Notes under the pieces: model-generated
What the model saw: the letters and a program-made list of their open reading frames with translations, nothing else
Databases searched by the model: none
What the model was told of the DNA's origin: nothing
Shown: one piece after another, positions 1 through 9,062 of the stretch
Position numbering within the stretch: position 1 is the first letter of the stretch
Layout: each line of letters opens with the position of its first letter
Origin: a virus
Lineage: Duplodnaviria > Heunggongvirae > Uroviricota > Caudoviricetes
Virus record (IMG/VR): IMGVR_UViG_3300010370_000025
Reading direction: 5' to 3' (one strand)
Length of the DNA: 48,803 nt
Translations under genes and position numbers: made by a program

Positions 1-270
1 GACTATGGTTATGTAAACGTAAGTGATATGTGGATAGGGGTAGAAATGATTAATAAATTTGGCCCAGACTATTGGTGGAATAATTATTCTGATTTATACT
101 CAAAAGTATGTAAAGATTTTAATTTAAAAGAATCTAACAGCATACATGTTGGTTGGCACAACGGGTCTCAATTAGGTATTAGAACACCACTCAGACTTCT
201 TATAGAAGGTGTTTATGATGAGAGAGGGTCAGATAAAGGTCTAAACACAATAGAAAGAACAGAAGCGTGA
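1..270 (+). CDS. 5'-truncated hypothetical protein
   Basis: Frame is open from base 1 (DYGYVNVSDMWIG...). The stop overlaps the next start (GTGA). Confidence 0.6.
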   Translation, partial: DYGYVNVSDMWIGVEMINKFGPDYWWNNYSDLYSKVCKDFNLKESNSIHVGWHNGSQLGIRTPLRLLIEGVYDERGSDKGLNTIERTEA

Positions 271-791
271 TTGCAGAAGGGTGGATTACTGAAATAGAGA
301 TAGAACTTGTATCAAAGTATATGAACAAAGATTCTGGTTCTATTTTAGAAGTAGGTGCAGCAAACGGTAGAATGTTTTCTTATCTTTACAATTTACATCC
401 TAACTGGAAGTATTATGCTGTAGATCCTTGGGAACAAGAGCAAGTAAGACTGCAAATAGACTGGAATAAAGATTATTTTGAAAAAGATAATCTTAAAGAG
501 ATAATTACTAAAGAAATGTTTGTTAAAAATTGTCCTTATGCAGAAACGTATGAAATGTATTTTGAAAATTTTTATTCAGAGCAAAAATTTGATATAATCA
601 GTTTAGGATTAATAAGTAAAAATATTGACTGGACTGCAGTTTATGATAAAGCATATAATATGCTATCTACAAGTGGTGTAATAGTAGGAAGAAATTTTAA
701 CCATAAAAAATATGGCGATGATATTAAAAAGGCTGTTTCTAGTTTTAAAGTAATCGATCAATGTAAAGGTTCTTTTGTTATTAGGAAATAA
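267..791 (+). CDS. class I SAM-dependent methyltransferase
   Basis: Motif I ILEVGAANG, followed by the acidic beta-2 motif YAVDPW. Confidence 0.75.
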   Translation: MIAEGWITEIEIELVSKYMNKDSGSILEVGAANGRMFSYLYNLHPNWKYYAVDPWEQEQVRLQIDWNKDYFEKDNLKEIITKEMFVKNCPYAETYEMYFENFYSEQKFDIISLGLISKNIDWTAVYDKAYNMLSTSGVIVGRNFNHKKYGDDIKKAVSSFKVIDQCKGSFVIRK

Positions 792-792
792 A

Positions 793-1470
793 ATGTATAA
801 ATTTGGTAAATACAATTTTAATCATAATTTAAATTATCATATTAATAAATCTGAAGAAGTTTTATCTCACGAAGATGTTAAAACTACAGGAAGTAAGAAC
901 TTTAACTTATTTTTTCCTATAAAAAACGATATTAAAAAACAATTAGAGTCATATCTTAATAACAATATTAAAGCAAACCTTAATTGGAATTTTGAATATT
1001 TTCAATCAGGTGAACCTGCCGGTCTTCATACTGACTTTGAATTAACTCCGTGGAATAAAGATATAGATTGTAGACTTGATGTAGGAGTTATAATCCCGCT
1101 TAAATGGAATTGCAAACAACCCTATACAATTTTTTACGATAGAGTTGAAAGCGTGCCTCGTAAGCTTATATACCGTAAAGGTGAAATGAGATATAAAGAT
1201 ACTAATGAAGTGATTAATTACAGAGATAGCTGGGTATATGATGAAGAAGTATTGAAATATAACCCTAAAGGTACACAATATTATAGAGAATATGCAGATT
1301 TAAAAATAAAATCTTTATACGAGTGGGAAGTAGGCTCTATGTGTGTTTTTGATACTAGAAGATGGCATTCTTCTTCCTGGTTTTTATCAACAGATAATTT
1401 ACCAGATATATCAACTGAATTTAAAAGATCGATAATAGGGTTTGGTTCTGTAGATGTTCCGCGCAATTAA
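793..1470 (+). CDS. putative 2OG-Fe(II) oxygenase (DSBH fold)
   Basis: HxD motif (GLHTD), distal His (FDTRRWHSS) and a C-terminal Arg strand (KRSIIGF). ATG at 793 preferred over the 775 start. Confidence 0.6.
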   Translation: MYKFGKYNFNHNLNYHINKSEEVLSHEDVKTTGSKNFNLFFPIKNDIKKQLESYLNNNIKANLNWNFEYFQSGEPAGLHTDFELTPWNKDIDCRLDVGVIIPLKWNCKQPYTIFYDRVESVPRKLIYRKGEMRYKDTNEVINYRDSWVYDEEVLKYNPKGTQYYREYADLKIKSLYEWEVGSMCVFDTRRWHSSSWFLSTDNLPDISTEFKRSIIGFGSVDVPRN

Positions 1471-2629
1471 GCAAGAAAATAGCGACTCTTTTAGTGTAGT
1501 TTGGGATTTAGGTAGAAGGTGTACCTTTACATGTTCTTATTGTGGACCTCATCATAGAAATAATTGGTCGCCAAACGCAGATTTACAAACACTTAAAAAT
1601 ACACTTGATGGTGTTGCTCGTTATACAAGTTTGTTAAATAAGTATCGCAAAATTCCCAAAAGAACTTCTCTTGCTTTCACTGGAGGAGAACCAACAGTAA
1701 ATCCTCATTTTTTTGATTTTATAGAATATGCTAAGCAAAAATATAAATCTATAGCTACTAACATTACTACTAATGGATGTTATAGCGAGAGAAAATGCAA
1801 ATTAATTATAGACAATGTAAGTAGTTGCACTATAAGTTATCACGCAGAAATGACTGAACAAGAAAAAATATTAGTTCATAATAACATAGAATTAATGCAT
1901 AAAAATAATTATAACTTTAGAGTGAATCTAATGTTTCATAAAGATTATTTTGATGACTGTATTTCAGTAGCTAACTGGTTTGATAGTTTAGGTGTTAGGT
2001 ATACACCAAGAGTTATAGGTGATTCAAATAACATAGAAGATGTTAAGGATGGAACTGCACACGTTTATAGTGATACGCAGCTTCAATGGTTTAAAGATTA
2101 CTGGCGCAATAAAAATCAAATTGTAAACATCGAAGCAAAATCTTGTGAAGTAGCCACAAAAATTGGAAGACCTTGCTGTGCTAATAAAAAATTAAATTTG
2201 CTTATTGATAATGAATGGCAACCAGGGTCATTTGTTCCAGACAATAATTTTTATGGTTGGAATTGTATGATTAACTGGTATTTCCTTTTTATTAATAGTG
2301 AAATAGACGGTGTGTGGCATCACCAAACATGTCAGGTAAATTTAGACGGGCAAGTAGGTCCTATAGGAAAAGCTAGCGATTTTGAATCTATAATTAAAAA
2401 TTTAGAAGATAAACTATCTAATAATACTTTTAATGTTATTAAATGCCCTAAAACATATTGCGGGTGTGGTTTATGCGCTTCAAAAGCTGCAGACGAGCAT
2501 GTTGCTAGTGAAATTTTTAAATCTAGCATAAATAATTTAGAACCAATTTTTCAAAAAGATGTTCAAAAGCTTGACAAAGCTAATTCAATAATTAATATTT
2601 TAAAACAGCGTGATATTTTAAATGAATGA
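1454..2629 (+). CDS. radical SAM protein with C-terminal Cys cluster
   Basis: CTFTCSYC (CxxxCxxC), FTGGEPT, C-terminal CPKTYCGCGLC. Confidence 0.9.
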   Translation: MFRAIKQENSDSFSVVWDLGRRCTFTCSYCGPHHRNNWSPNADLQTLKNTLDGVARYTSLLNKYRKIPKRTSLAFTGGEPTVNPHFFDFIEYAKQKYKSIATNITTNGCYSERKCKLIIDNVSSCTISYHAEMTEQEKILVHNNIELMHKNNYNFRVNLMFHKDYFDDCISVANWFDSLGVRYTPRVIGDSNNIEDVKDGTAHVYSDTQLQWFKDYWRNKNQIVNIEAKSCEVATKIGRPCCANKKLNLLIDNEWQPGSFVPDNNFYGWNCMINWYFLFINSEIDGVWHHQTCQVNLDGQVGPIGKASDFESIIKNLEDKLSNNTFNVIKCPKTYCGCGLCASKAADEHVASEIFKSSINNLEPIFQKDVQKLDKANSIINILKQRDILNE

Positions 2630-3773
2630 TTCTTTTTGTGTGTTGCCTTGGACGCATGTTTGTATTTCTACCACGCAGCAAATAATTCCCTGCTGTAGAT
2701 TTCAGTCTCCTAAACCTAATATAAGTTTAGCTTCTTTAAATAAAAATGGAATAGAAGCACTTAATATTCAAGAATATAGTAAAATTAGAGAAGATATGTT
2801 GCTCGGTAAAAAAATAGAGCAATGTAAAAAGTGTTATTTTGAAGAAGACAACAATATAAGTTCTTATAGAAATTATGCTAAACATTTCTTTTTAAAAGAG
2901 GGTGATGAATTTAAAGATAATAAATTTAAAGAAATGAGATATTTAGAACTTTCTTTAGATAATATTTGTAATCTTCAATGTAGAATGTGCAGTAGCAATT
3001 TTAGTACAAAGTTAATCTTGAGAGATCAAGAGCTATCAAAATATTCATGGAATAAAAACGATTATAGAGCCTATAAAAAACTAGAAATAGATTTTTCTTT
3101 TTTGGATAAAATTGATATAACTAAATTACAAGAAATAAAATTGTTAGGAGGAGAGCCGTTTATGTCTCCTAACTTTAATAAATTTATTGATTATATTATT
3201 AGCAAAATAGCCCCTGAAAATATCACTCTTTTTATTGCTACTAACGGTACTCATAAATTATCTAATGAATTGATTGACAAGTTAAGTAAGTTTAAACTTC
3301 TTAAACTTAGAGTTAGTTTTGATACATATTCAAAAGCTAATGATTACCAGAGATTTGGTAGCTCATATTTAGAGGTTTGGAATAATCTTCTTAAATATAT
3401 TGAAGTGTGGCCAAATGCTGAGATTGGTGTGCATTCAGTTATATCTACTTACAATGCAAATAAATTAGGAATTTCGTTAGAACAATATAAAAAATATAAT
3501 GTTGATTATCGATTAGATTTTGTTCGAAATCAAGAAATGTCTCTCTCTTTTATCCCAGTTGATCTAGCAGAATGGTTAAGAGATAAAAATAGCGAAGATG
3601 AAGTAGCCAGTAAATATATAAACAACATATTAGACGAAAGAGAGTATGCTCCTGATAAATGGGAAATGTTTTTAAAAAATACAAAAATATTAGATAACTT
3701 CTATAACATCTCTTTAAAAGATTATAACCCTGAACTTTATGAGGTTTTAAATAAAAAATATGGATATAGTTAA
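2622..3773 (+). CDS. radical SAM protein with N-terminal twitch/SPASM-like domain
   Basis: N-terminal FCVLPW...PCCR...CKKCY, then CNLQCRMC and LGGEPF. Confidence 0.9.
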   Translation: MNDSFCVLPWTHVCISTTQQIIPCCRFQSPKPNISLASLNKNGIEALNIQEYSKIREDMLLGKKIEQCKKCYFEEDNNISSYRNYAKHFFLKEGDEFKDNKFKEMRYLELSLDNICNLQCRMCSSNFSTKLILRDQELSKYSWNKNDYRAYKKLEIDFSFLDKIDITKLQEIKLLGGEPFMSPNFNKFIDYIISKIAPENITLFIATNGTHKLSNELIDKLSKFKLLKLRVSFDTYSKANDYQRFGSSYLEVWNNLLKYIEVWPNAEIGVHSVISTYNANKLGISLEQYKKYNVDYRLDFVRNQEMSLSFIPVDLAEWLRDKNSEDEVASKYINNILDEREYAPDKWEMFLKNTKILDNFYNISLKDYNPELYEVLNKKYGYS

Positions 3774-4428
3774 AAAATTACCTGAAGGTAAGCATAACAT
3801 AGTTGTTAAGTTAAGCGGGGGTGCTGATTCTTCTCTTATTTATTATGTTTTATGTAAAGAGTATGCAAATAATAAAGATGTAAATTTAATAGTTGTTACT
3901 CTTAATACAGATAAAAAACCGTACTATATTCCTTTTGCGCAAAAAATAATTAAACGCGTTTATGATTTAACTGGTAAAGTTCCTATAGATCATATGACTA
4001 TTAGTATTAAACATGATCCTGATGATTACGTTTCTTATCAAGATGAGCTTGTTGATCAAGCTATTAAAAAATATAACCCTGCGCTTATGTATTCAGGGCT
4101 AACTATGAACCCCCCGGCAGAAGAGATGAAGCAATTTTTTATAGACAACTATAAAAAAATTAATATAGACTTGTTGGAAGTATTAAAGAGTATTGATTCT
4201 AGAGATAAAGTAAGAGATTATACTCAGTACAGATCTAATAATTTTAATATTTTACCTTTTGGTCAATCAAATAAAAAAGCAGTAGCTGCTGCATACCGAC
4301 AGCATGATGCAATGGAAAGATTGTATCCATATACAAGAAGTTGTGAAGCATTTTCAGATAAAGAAGAGCATTGCGGAAATTGTTTTTTTTGCGCTGAGCG
4401 TTGGTGGGGATTTGGACGGTTAGTATGA
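3760..4428 (+). CDS. QueC-like PP-loop ATPase
   Basis: SGGADS PP-loop, TRSCE, HCGNCFFCAER Zn-site pattern. Confidence 0.75.
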   Translation: MDIVKKLPEGKHNIVVKLSGGADSSLIYYVLCKEYANNKDVNLIVVTLNTDKKPYYIPFAQKIIKRVYDLTGKVPIDHMTISIKHDPDDYVSYQDELVDQAIKKYNPALMYSGLTMNPPAEEMKQFFIDNYKKINIDLLEVLKSIDSRDKVRDYTQYRSNNFNILPFGQSNKKAVAAAYRQHDAMERLYPYTRSCEAFSDKEEHCGNCFFCAERWWGFGRLV

Positions 4429-5282
4429 GTAAAATTGTTGAAGCTTATAACGCAAACAGATATAAAAATAATTTTAATTTTTTTAATATAGATGGATTAC
4501 CTATTCCATTTTTAAAAGATAGTAAGCGTATTCTCATTTGGATGTCAGGAGGAGCAGATTCTGCTCTTCTATCTTATCTTCTATGTGAATATATTACTGA
4601 AAACAATCTAGATGTAGAAGTGCATGTCTTACAATTTATAAGAAAGTGGGAAAAAGCACCTTGGCAGCAAACAATAGGTAAAGGTGTGTATAACTATTTT
4701 GTAACTAAATTTAATAATATTAATTTTACTAGACATGAAGCTCTTATTCCAACGTTAGTAGAGCATGTAGTATTTGTAGATAAAAATGACGCATATGCTA
4801 AAAAAGAAATAATAGATTTTACAGGTGGAGATGTTGTATTAACTAATGAAAATTGTTATTTTATAACTGCAAAATATAATATCGATATTAATTACAACGC
4901 TACTACCCGTAACCCTCCTATAAATTTTGATAACCGTGTTAGATCAAGAGATATAGATTGCGATGGTTCTGAAAAGTCGTCTTTTAAATTATTAGGAAAA
5001 GCTAACCCTCTTAATAGTTATAATTGTAATCCTTTTATTTACACTGACAAATCATGGGTTATTAAGCAATATAAAGATAGAAATCTTTTAGATCTTTTAA
5101 ATATAACTCGCTCGTGCGAAGCATATATTAGCGGTATTGACTATTCTAATTGGGATAATAATGTTGATTTATTAGAAGATTGTAACACTGAATGTTATTG
5201 GTGTCAAGAAAGAAACTGGGCGTTAGAACAAAACGGGTTGTTAAAGTTTAAAAATAAATTTGGTAAAGTAAATGTACTTTAA
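4425..5282 (+). CDS. QueC-like PP-loop ATPase (paralogue)
   Basis: MSGGADS, TRSCE, CNTECYWCQER. ATGA overlap at 4425 supports this start. Confidence 0.7.
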   Translation: MSKIVEAYNANRYKNNFNFFNIDGLPIPFLKDSKRILIWMSGGADSALLSYLLCEYITENNLDVEVHVLQFIRKWEKAPWQQTIGKGVYNYFVTKFNNINFTRHEALIPTLVEHVVFVDKNDAYAKKEIIDFTGGDVVLTNENCYFITAKYNIDINYNATTRNPPINFDNRVRSRDIDCDGSEKSSFKLLGKANPLNSYNCNPFIYTDKSWVIKQYKDRNLLDLLNITRSCEAYISGIDYSNWDNNVDLLEDCNTECYWCQERNWALEQNGLLKFKNKFGKVNVL

Positions 5283-6270
5283 TGATGAACTTGTTACTAA
5301 AGTTTTAGGAAAAGTTAATTACGGTTATATAGATTGGATGCTAGGTAACGTATGCAATTATAGATGTTCTTATTGTTTTGACGGGGCTAATGAAGGTAAT
5401 TTTAAATTTCCAATTTTCAATCAACAGCTTAAAGATAATTTAATATTTTTAAATTCTAAAATAAGTAATAACTCAGACAAATTTGTTATATGGCACTTAG
5501 CAGGAGGAGAGCCCACCTTATATAAAAATTTAGAAGAACTAATTACTTACATTAGAGCTTTTACAAACAATTTTATTTCAGTTGTTACAAATGGGAGTAG
5601 ACCTATAAATTGGTGGAAAAATAATCAAAACCTGTTTGATAGTATTTCTATTTCATTTCACTCTGAATATAGTGATATTAATCATATTAAAGAGTTGTCT
5701 TTATTTTTAGATAAGATAAGTCTTGTTAATGTTATGATAGGTAAACATAACTACGACGAAGCTATAAAATACTTTTTAGAATTAAGTAATTATTTTACAG
5801 AGAATAAAATTTTTAATATAAAATTGTCTTTTCTAAAAATAAGAGATTCATTTAGACCTAATTCTATTTTTTTAGATTTTTCTAAAGAACAAATATTAGA
5901 TATTTTAGAAATTCAAAAAGTGCATGAAACAAAGTATATTGTAAAACGAAATAAAAGTAATATACCAGTTAGTTTAAAACATTATTTAATTACTAAAAAT
6001 AATAAAATAGAATTAAATAGAATAGAAGAATTTTCTTTAAACGGCACCTGGAAAGGTTATAAGTGTTTTGCTCCTAAAGAATTTATACAAATACACGCAG
6101 ACGGAAATGTAGGCACAATGAGTTGTGGTCAAAAACTTTTTAATTCTAACATTTATAATTTAAATTTTACTAACGATTTTATATTTTTTGAAGATGGAAT
6201 TGTATGTGAAAAAGGTATTTGCGGGTGTCATGGCTTACTAGAATCATCGAAAAAGTTTATTTATGAATAA
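5272..6270 (+). CDS. radical SAM protein
   Basis: CNYRCSYC, AGGEPT, C-terminal CEKGICGC. Confidence 0.9.
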   Translation: MYFNDELVTKVLGKVNYGYIDWMLGNVCNYRCSYCFDGANEGNFKFPIFNQQLKDNLIFLNSKISNNSDKFVIWHLAGGEPTLYKNLEELITYIRAFTNNFISVVTNGSRPINWWKNNQNLFDSISISFHSEYSDINHIKELSLFLDKISLVNVMIGKHNYDEAIKYFLELSNYFTENKIFNIKLSFLKIRDSFRPNSIFLDFSKEQILDILEIQKVHETKYIVKRNKSNIPVSLKHYLITKNNKIELNRIEEFSLNGTWKGYKCFAPKEFIQIHADGNVGTMSCGQKLFNSNIYNLNFTNDFIFFEDGIVCEKGICGCHGLLESSKKFIYE

Positions 6271-6907
6271 AAGAAAAATATTACTTACGTTAGCTAGATC
6301 TGGATCTTCGTGGGTTCAACAATATATAACTGAGCATAACAAAAAATATTTTCAAATGAACTATCTTCAAGATCAATTTGGAGGGGTTGAATTTTTTAAT
6401 AAAGAAAATATTAAGTTTGACAATCTTTCATTTATTTCATTAGAAGATAAAATAAATTTTCTAGAATCTGAAAGATTAGCAGGAAGAGAATACTCTATTA
6501 AAGTATTTTTAGATCAAATTGAAAATTACCATGATTGGTTTTTTAATTTTTATAAGGACTGGGAAATAATAAAACTAACTCGAAGAGAACTATTTAATCA
6601 GTTTATAAGCTATACATGCCATACACCAGAATTTCATGACTTATTTTTTAAAGAGCTTGTTACAGGACAAAAAGGTTTTATAAAAGATTTTCTAAAATGG
6701 CAAGATTTATTAAATCTTGTTCAAACTGATAGCCACCTAGTTTATGAGGATTTAACAGACGAATTTCTAAGTTCATATTTTAAAGTGAGCATAAATTACA
6801 ATTTCATATCACATAAGTCGAACATTGATTACACAAAAAAATTTTTATTACATGATCATGCAAAAAAAATTTTTGATGAAATATTAGTTGATTTTATTAT
6901 TCCTTAG
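6263..6907 (+). CDS. sulfotransferase-like protein (Stf0-type P-loop)
   Basis: N-terminal LLTLARSGSSW resembles the 5'-PSB loop. IIKLTRR...QFISY resembles the 3'-PB motif. Confidence 0.6.
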   Translation: MNKRKILLTLARSGSSWVQQYITEHNKKYFQMNYLQDQFGGVEFFNKENIKFDNLSFISLEDKINFLESERLAGREYSIKVFLDQIENYHDWFFNFYKDWEIIKLTRRELFNQFISYTCHTPEFHDLFFKELVTGQKGFIKDFLKWQDLLNLVQTDSHLVYEDLTDEFLSSYFKVSINYNFISHKSNIDYTKKFLLHDHAKKIFDEILVDFIIP

Positions 6908-6934
6908 TATACAATATACTTTTAAGGGCACACA

Positions 6935-8038
6935 ATGACTGATTTGAAATGGAGCGATTACGACTTTACAAAAATCCCGTTTGATGATATTGTAAGTCAC
7001 GGTCAAAGAACTCTTTTATATAGAGATATGTTTACAGTAAGCTGGTTGCTAGGACGTTTTTGTAATTACAAATGCTCCTACTGCTGGCCTTATGCTCGTT
7101 CAGATAAAAAAGATCATAGACCGACCGAGCTCTGTTTAAGGACAATAGATGAAATTAAAAAGCAAGCAAGAGTGAATGGATTCAATAGCTTTCATTTTAG
7201 CTTTAGTGGTGGTGAGCCTACTTTTCATCCAGGATATAATGATATTCTTAGCCATCTGGCTGCTGATATCAGCAATACTAATTACACTTCTATTCACATG
7301 ACATCTAACTGTTCAAGGAAACTTGAATGGTTTAAAGAGTACTGTAATATTGCTTCTAAGTTTCATAGAGCTAGTATTACTGCTAGTCTACATCTTGAGC
7401 ATGTTAACACACCACAAAAGATGCAAGATTTTGCTGATAAGTTAATTCTATGTCAAGAGCATGACGTACAAGTAACTATTAATATGGTTATGGTACCAGA
7501 GTGGTTTGATAAGTGTTGGGATAATGCTCTATTCTTTCACAATCAAGGTATTAATGTTACTCTTAAACCACAAAGCGATCCTACAGCAAGTAAAGTAGTA
7601 GACGGTTATACTCCTGATATGCTTAAAGCTCTTCATAATGGTATGCCACAAAGAGCTTATACAGATGTTAAGAATAAATATGTAGCAAGACCTAAACCTA
7701 ATTATAAATTACCTCAAGGTCAACTTCCAGAAGATAAAGATATACCACAGCGTTTTCAAGTAGAACTTGTTGACAGTAAAGGCAAGAAGTGGTATATGGA
7801 TCAAGCAGAGAGATTTAACGCTTTTAATTTTAATAAATTTAAAGGTTGGTCTTGTAATGCTGGCTATCAAGGTATAATTATTAGAGAGCCTGATGGAAGT
7901 ATTAAACGTAGTTATAGCTGTAAAGATGAACCTTTAGGTAATATTGAAACTGGGTTTAAGTTGTTTAGTAAACCTATGCCTTGTATTAGTCCTAGCTGTG
8001 TTAGTTCAGCTGATAGTAAGATACCAAAGAGAAGATAA
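6935..8038 (+). CDS. radical SAM protein
   Basis: CNYKCSYC, FSGGEPT, C-terminal GWSC...C...CISPSC. Confidence 0.9.
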   Translation: MTDLKWSDYDFTKIPFDDIVSHGQRTLLYRDMFTVSWLLGRFCNYKCSYCWPYARSDKKDHRPTELCLRTIDEIKKQARVNGFNSFHFSFSGGEPTFHPGYNDILSHLAADISNTNYTSIHMTSNCSRKLEWFKEYCNIASKFHRASITASLHLEHVNTPQKMQDFADKLILCQEHDVQVTINMVMVPEWFDKCWDNALFFHNQGINVTLKPQSDPTASKVVDGYTPDMLKALHNGMPQRAYTDVKNKYVARPKPNYKLPQGQLPEDKDIPQRFQVELVDSKGKKWYMDQAERFNAFNFNKFKGWSCNAGYQGIIIREPDGSIKRSYSCKDEPLGNIETGFKLFSKPMPCISPSCVSSADSKIPKRR

Positions 8039-8622
8039 TGCACGTAAAAGAGATTGATTTAGATATAGACTATGATATGCTTCTTGAAGCGTTTAATAAT
8101 TTTAGAGTAACATACAGTACAGAATACTCTATGAATAGTTTACTAGAAAAACATGCTAGACAAATTGCAGTTCAGTGCCGTCAAGAAGCAGATGGTATTA
8201 GACAGATTACAGAATCTTGTAATAGTTTAATATATGATTGGGATAATTTTGATTCTAAAATTCATAGTGAGCCTCCTAAGAGAGATGTAGTTTTAAGTGA
8301 AAAATTATTTGATGTAACTTGTGATATATTTAAGGGCAACTATATTGGGCATGTTGTAGAAAAAGTAAAACAACAATATGGGGCTTATAGAGGTAGGTTT
8401 ATGATGATGAAATATAAAACCTGTCTATCAATGCATGTAGATGAGACACCTAGACTTCATATACCTATTATAACTAACCCTGATAGCTTTATGGTTATTG
8501 ACGATCAAATATATCGCTTTCCTTTTGGTAAAGCTTATATTGCTAACACATTATTACCTCATACAGCAGTTAATGCAGGCAAGAAAGATAGAACTCACTT
8601 AGTATTCTGTGTAGATAAATGA
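8038..8622 (+). CDS. Asp/Asn beta-hydroxylase-like 2OG-Fe(II) oxygenase
   Basis: SMHVD, RLHIPIITNP, HTAVNAG, DRTHLVF. Confidence 0.75.
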   Translation: MHVKEIDLDIDYDMLLEAFNNFRVTYSTEYSMNSLLEKHARQIAVQCRQEADGIRQITESCNSLIYDWDNFDSKIHSEPPKRDVVLSEKLFDVTCDIFKGNYIGHVVEKVKQQYGAYRGRFMMMKYKTCLSMHVDETPRLHIPIITNPDSFMVIDDQIYRFPFGKAYIANTLLPHTAVNAGKKDRTHLVFCVDK

Positions 8623-9062
8623 TTGAAATTATTGATGAATTAAATATTATACCTTTTTGGCAGCAATTGTGGCCAGGAAGACAAATACCTCTTATGAGCT
8701 CTATGCTATTTCCTAAAGGGTATGATATATCAATCTATAAAAAATATAAACCTACTTATTTTGGGTATAGTATAGATGGTAACATTATAGGAGTCAATAG
8801 CGGCCATAAAACAAGCGATACTGATTATAGATCAAGAGGTCTTTTTGTATTACCTGAATTTAGAAACAGAGGTGTTGCAGTTAAACTTTTAGAAGCTACT
8901 ATTAACCAAGCAAAAGAAGAAGATTGCTCTATTGTATGGACAGTTCCTAGAGACACTTCTTTATATGCATACTATAAAGCAGGCTTTGATAGAGCAAGTG
9001 ATTTTTTCGAAACAGAAACTAGTGCAAAAAATTGTTATGCAATTTATAAAATAGATGGCTGA
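8619..9062 (+). CDS. GNAT N-acetyltransferase
   Basis: Motif A LFVLPEFRNRGVAVKLL and motif B YYKAGF. Confidence 0.8.
   Translation: MIEIIDELNIIPFWQQLWPGRQIPLMSSMLFPKGYDISIYKKYKPTYFGYSIDGNIIGVNSGHKTSDTDYRSRGLFVLPEFRNRGVAVKLLEATINQAKEEDCSIVWTVPRDTSLYAYYKAGFDRASDFFETETSAKNCYAIYKIDG

Noticed and set aside
3760-5282. Assigning the gene symbol queC
   Set aside because: Only the fold motifs match, and the partner enzymes of preQ0 synthesis are absent from the window.
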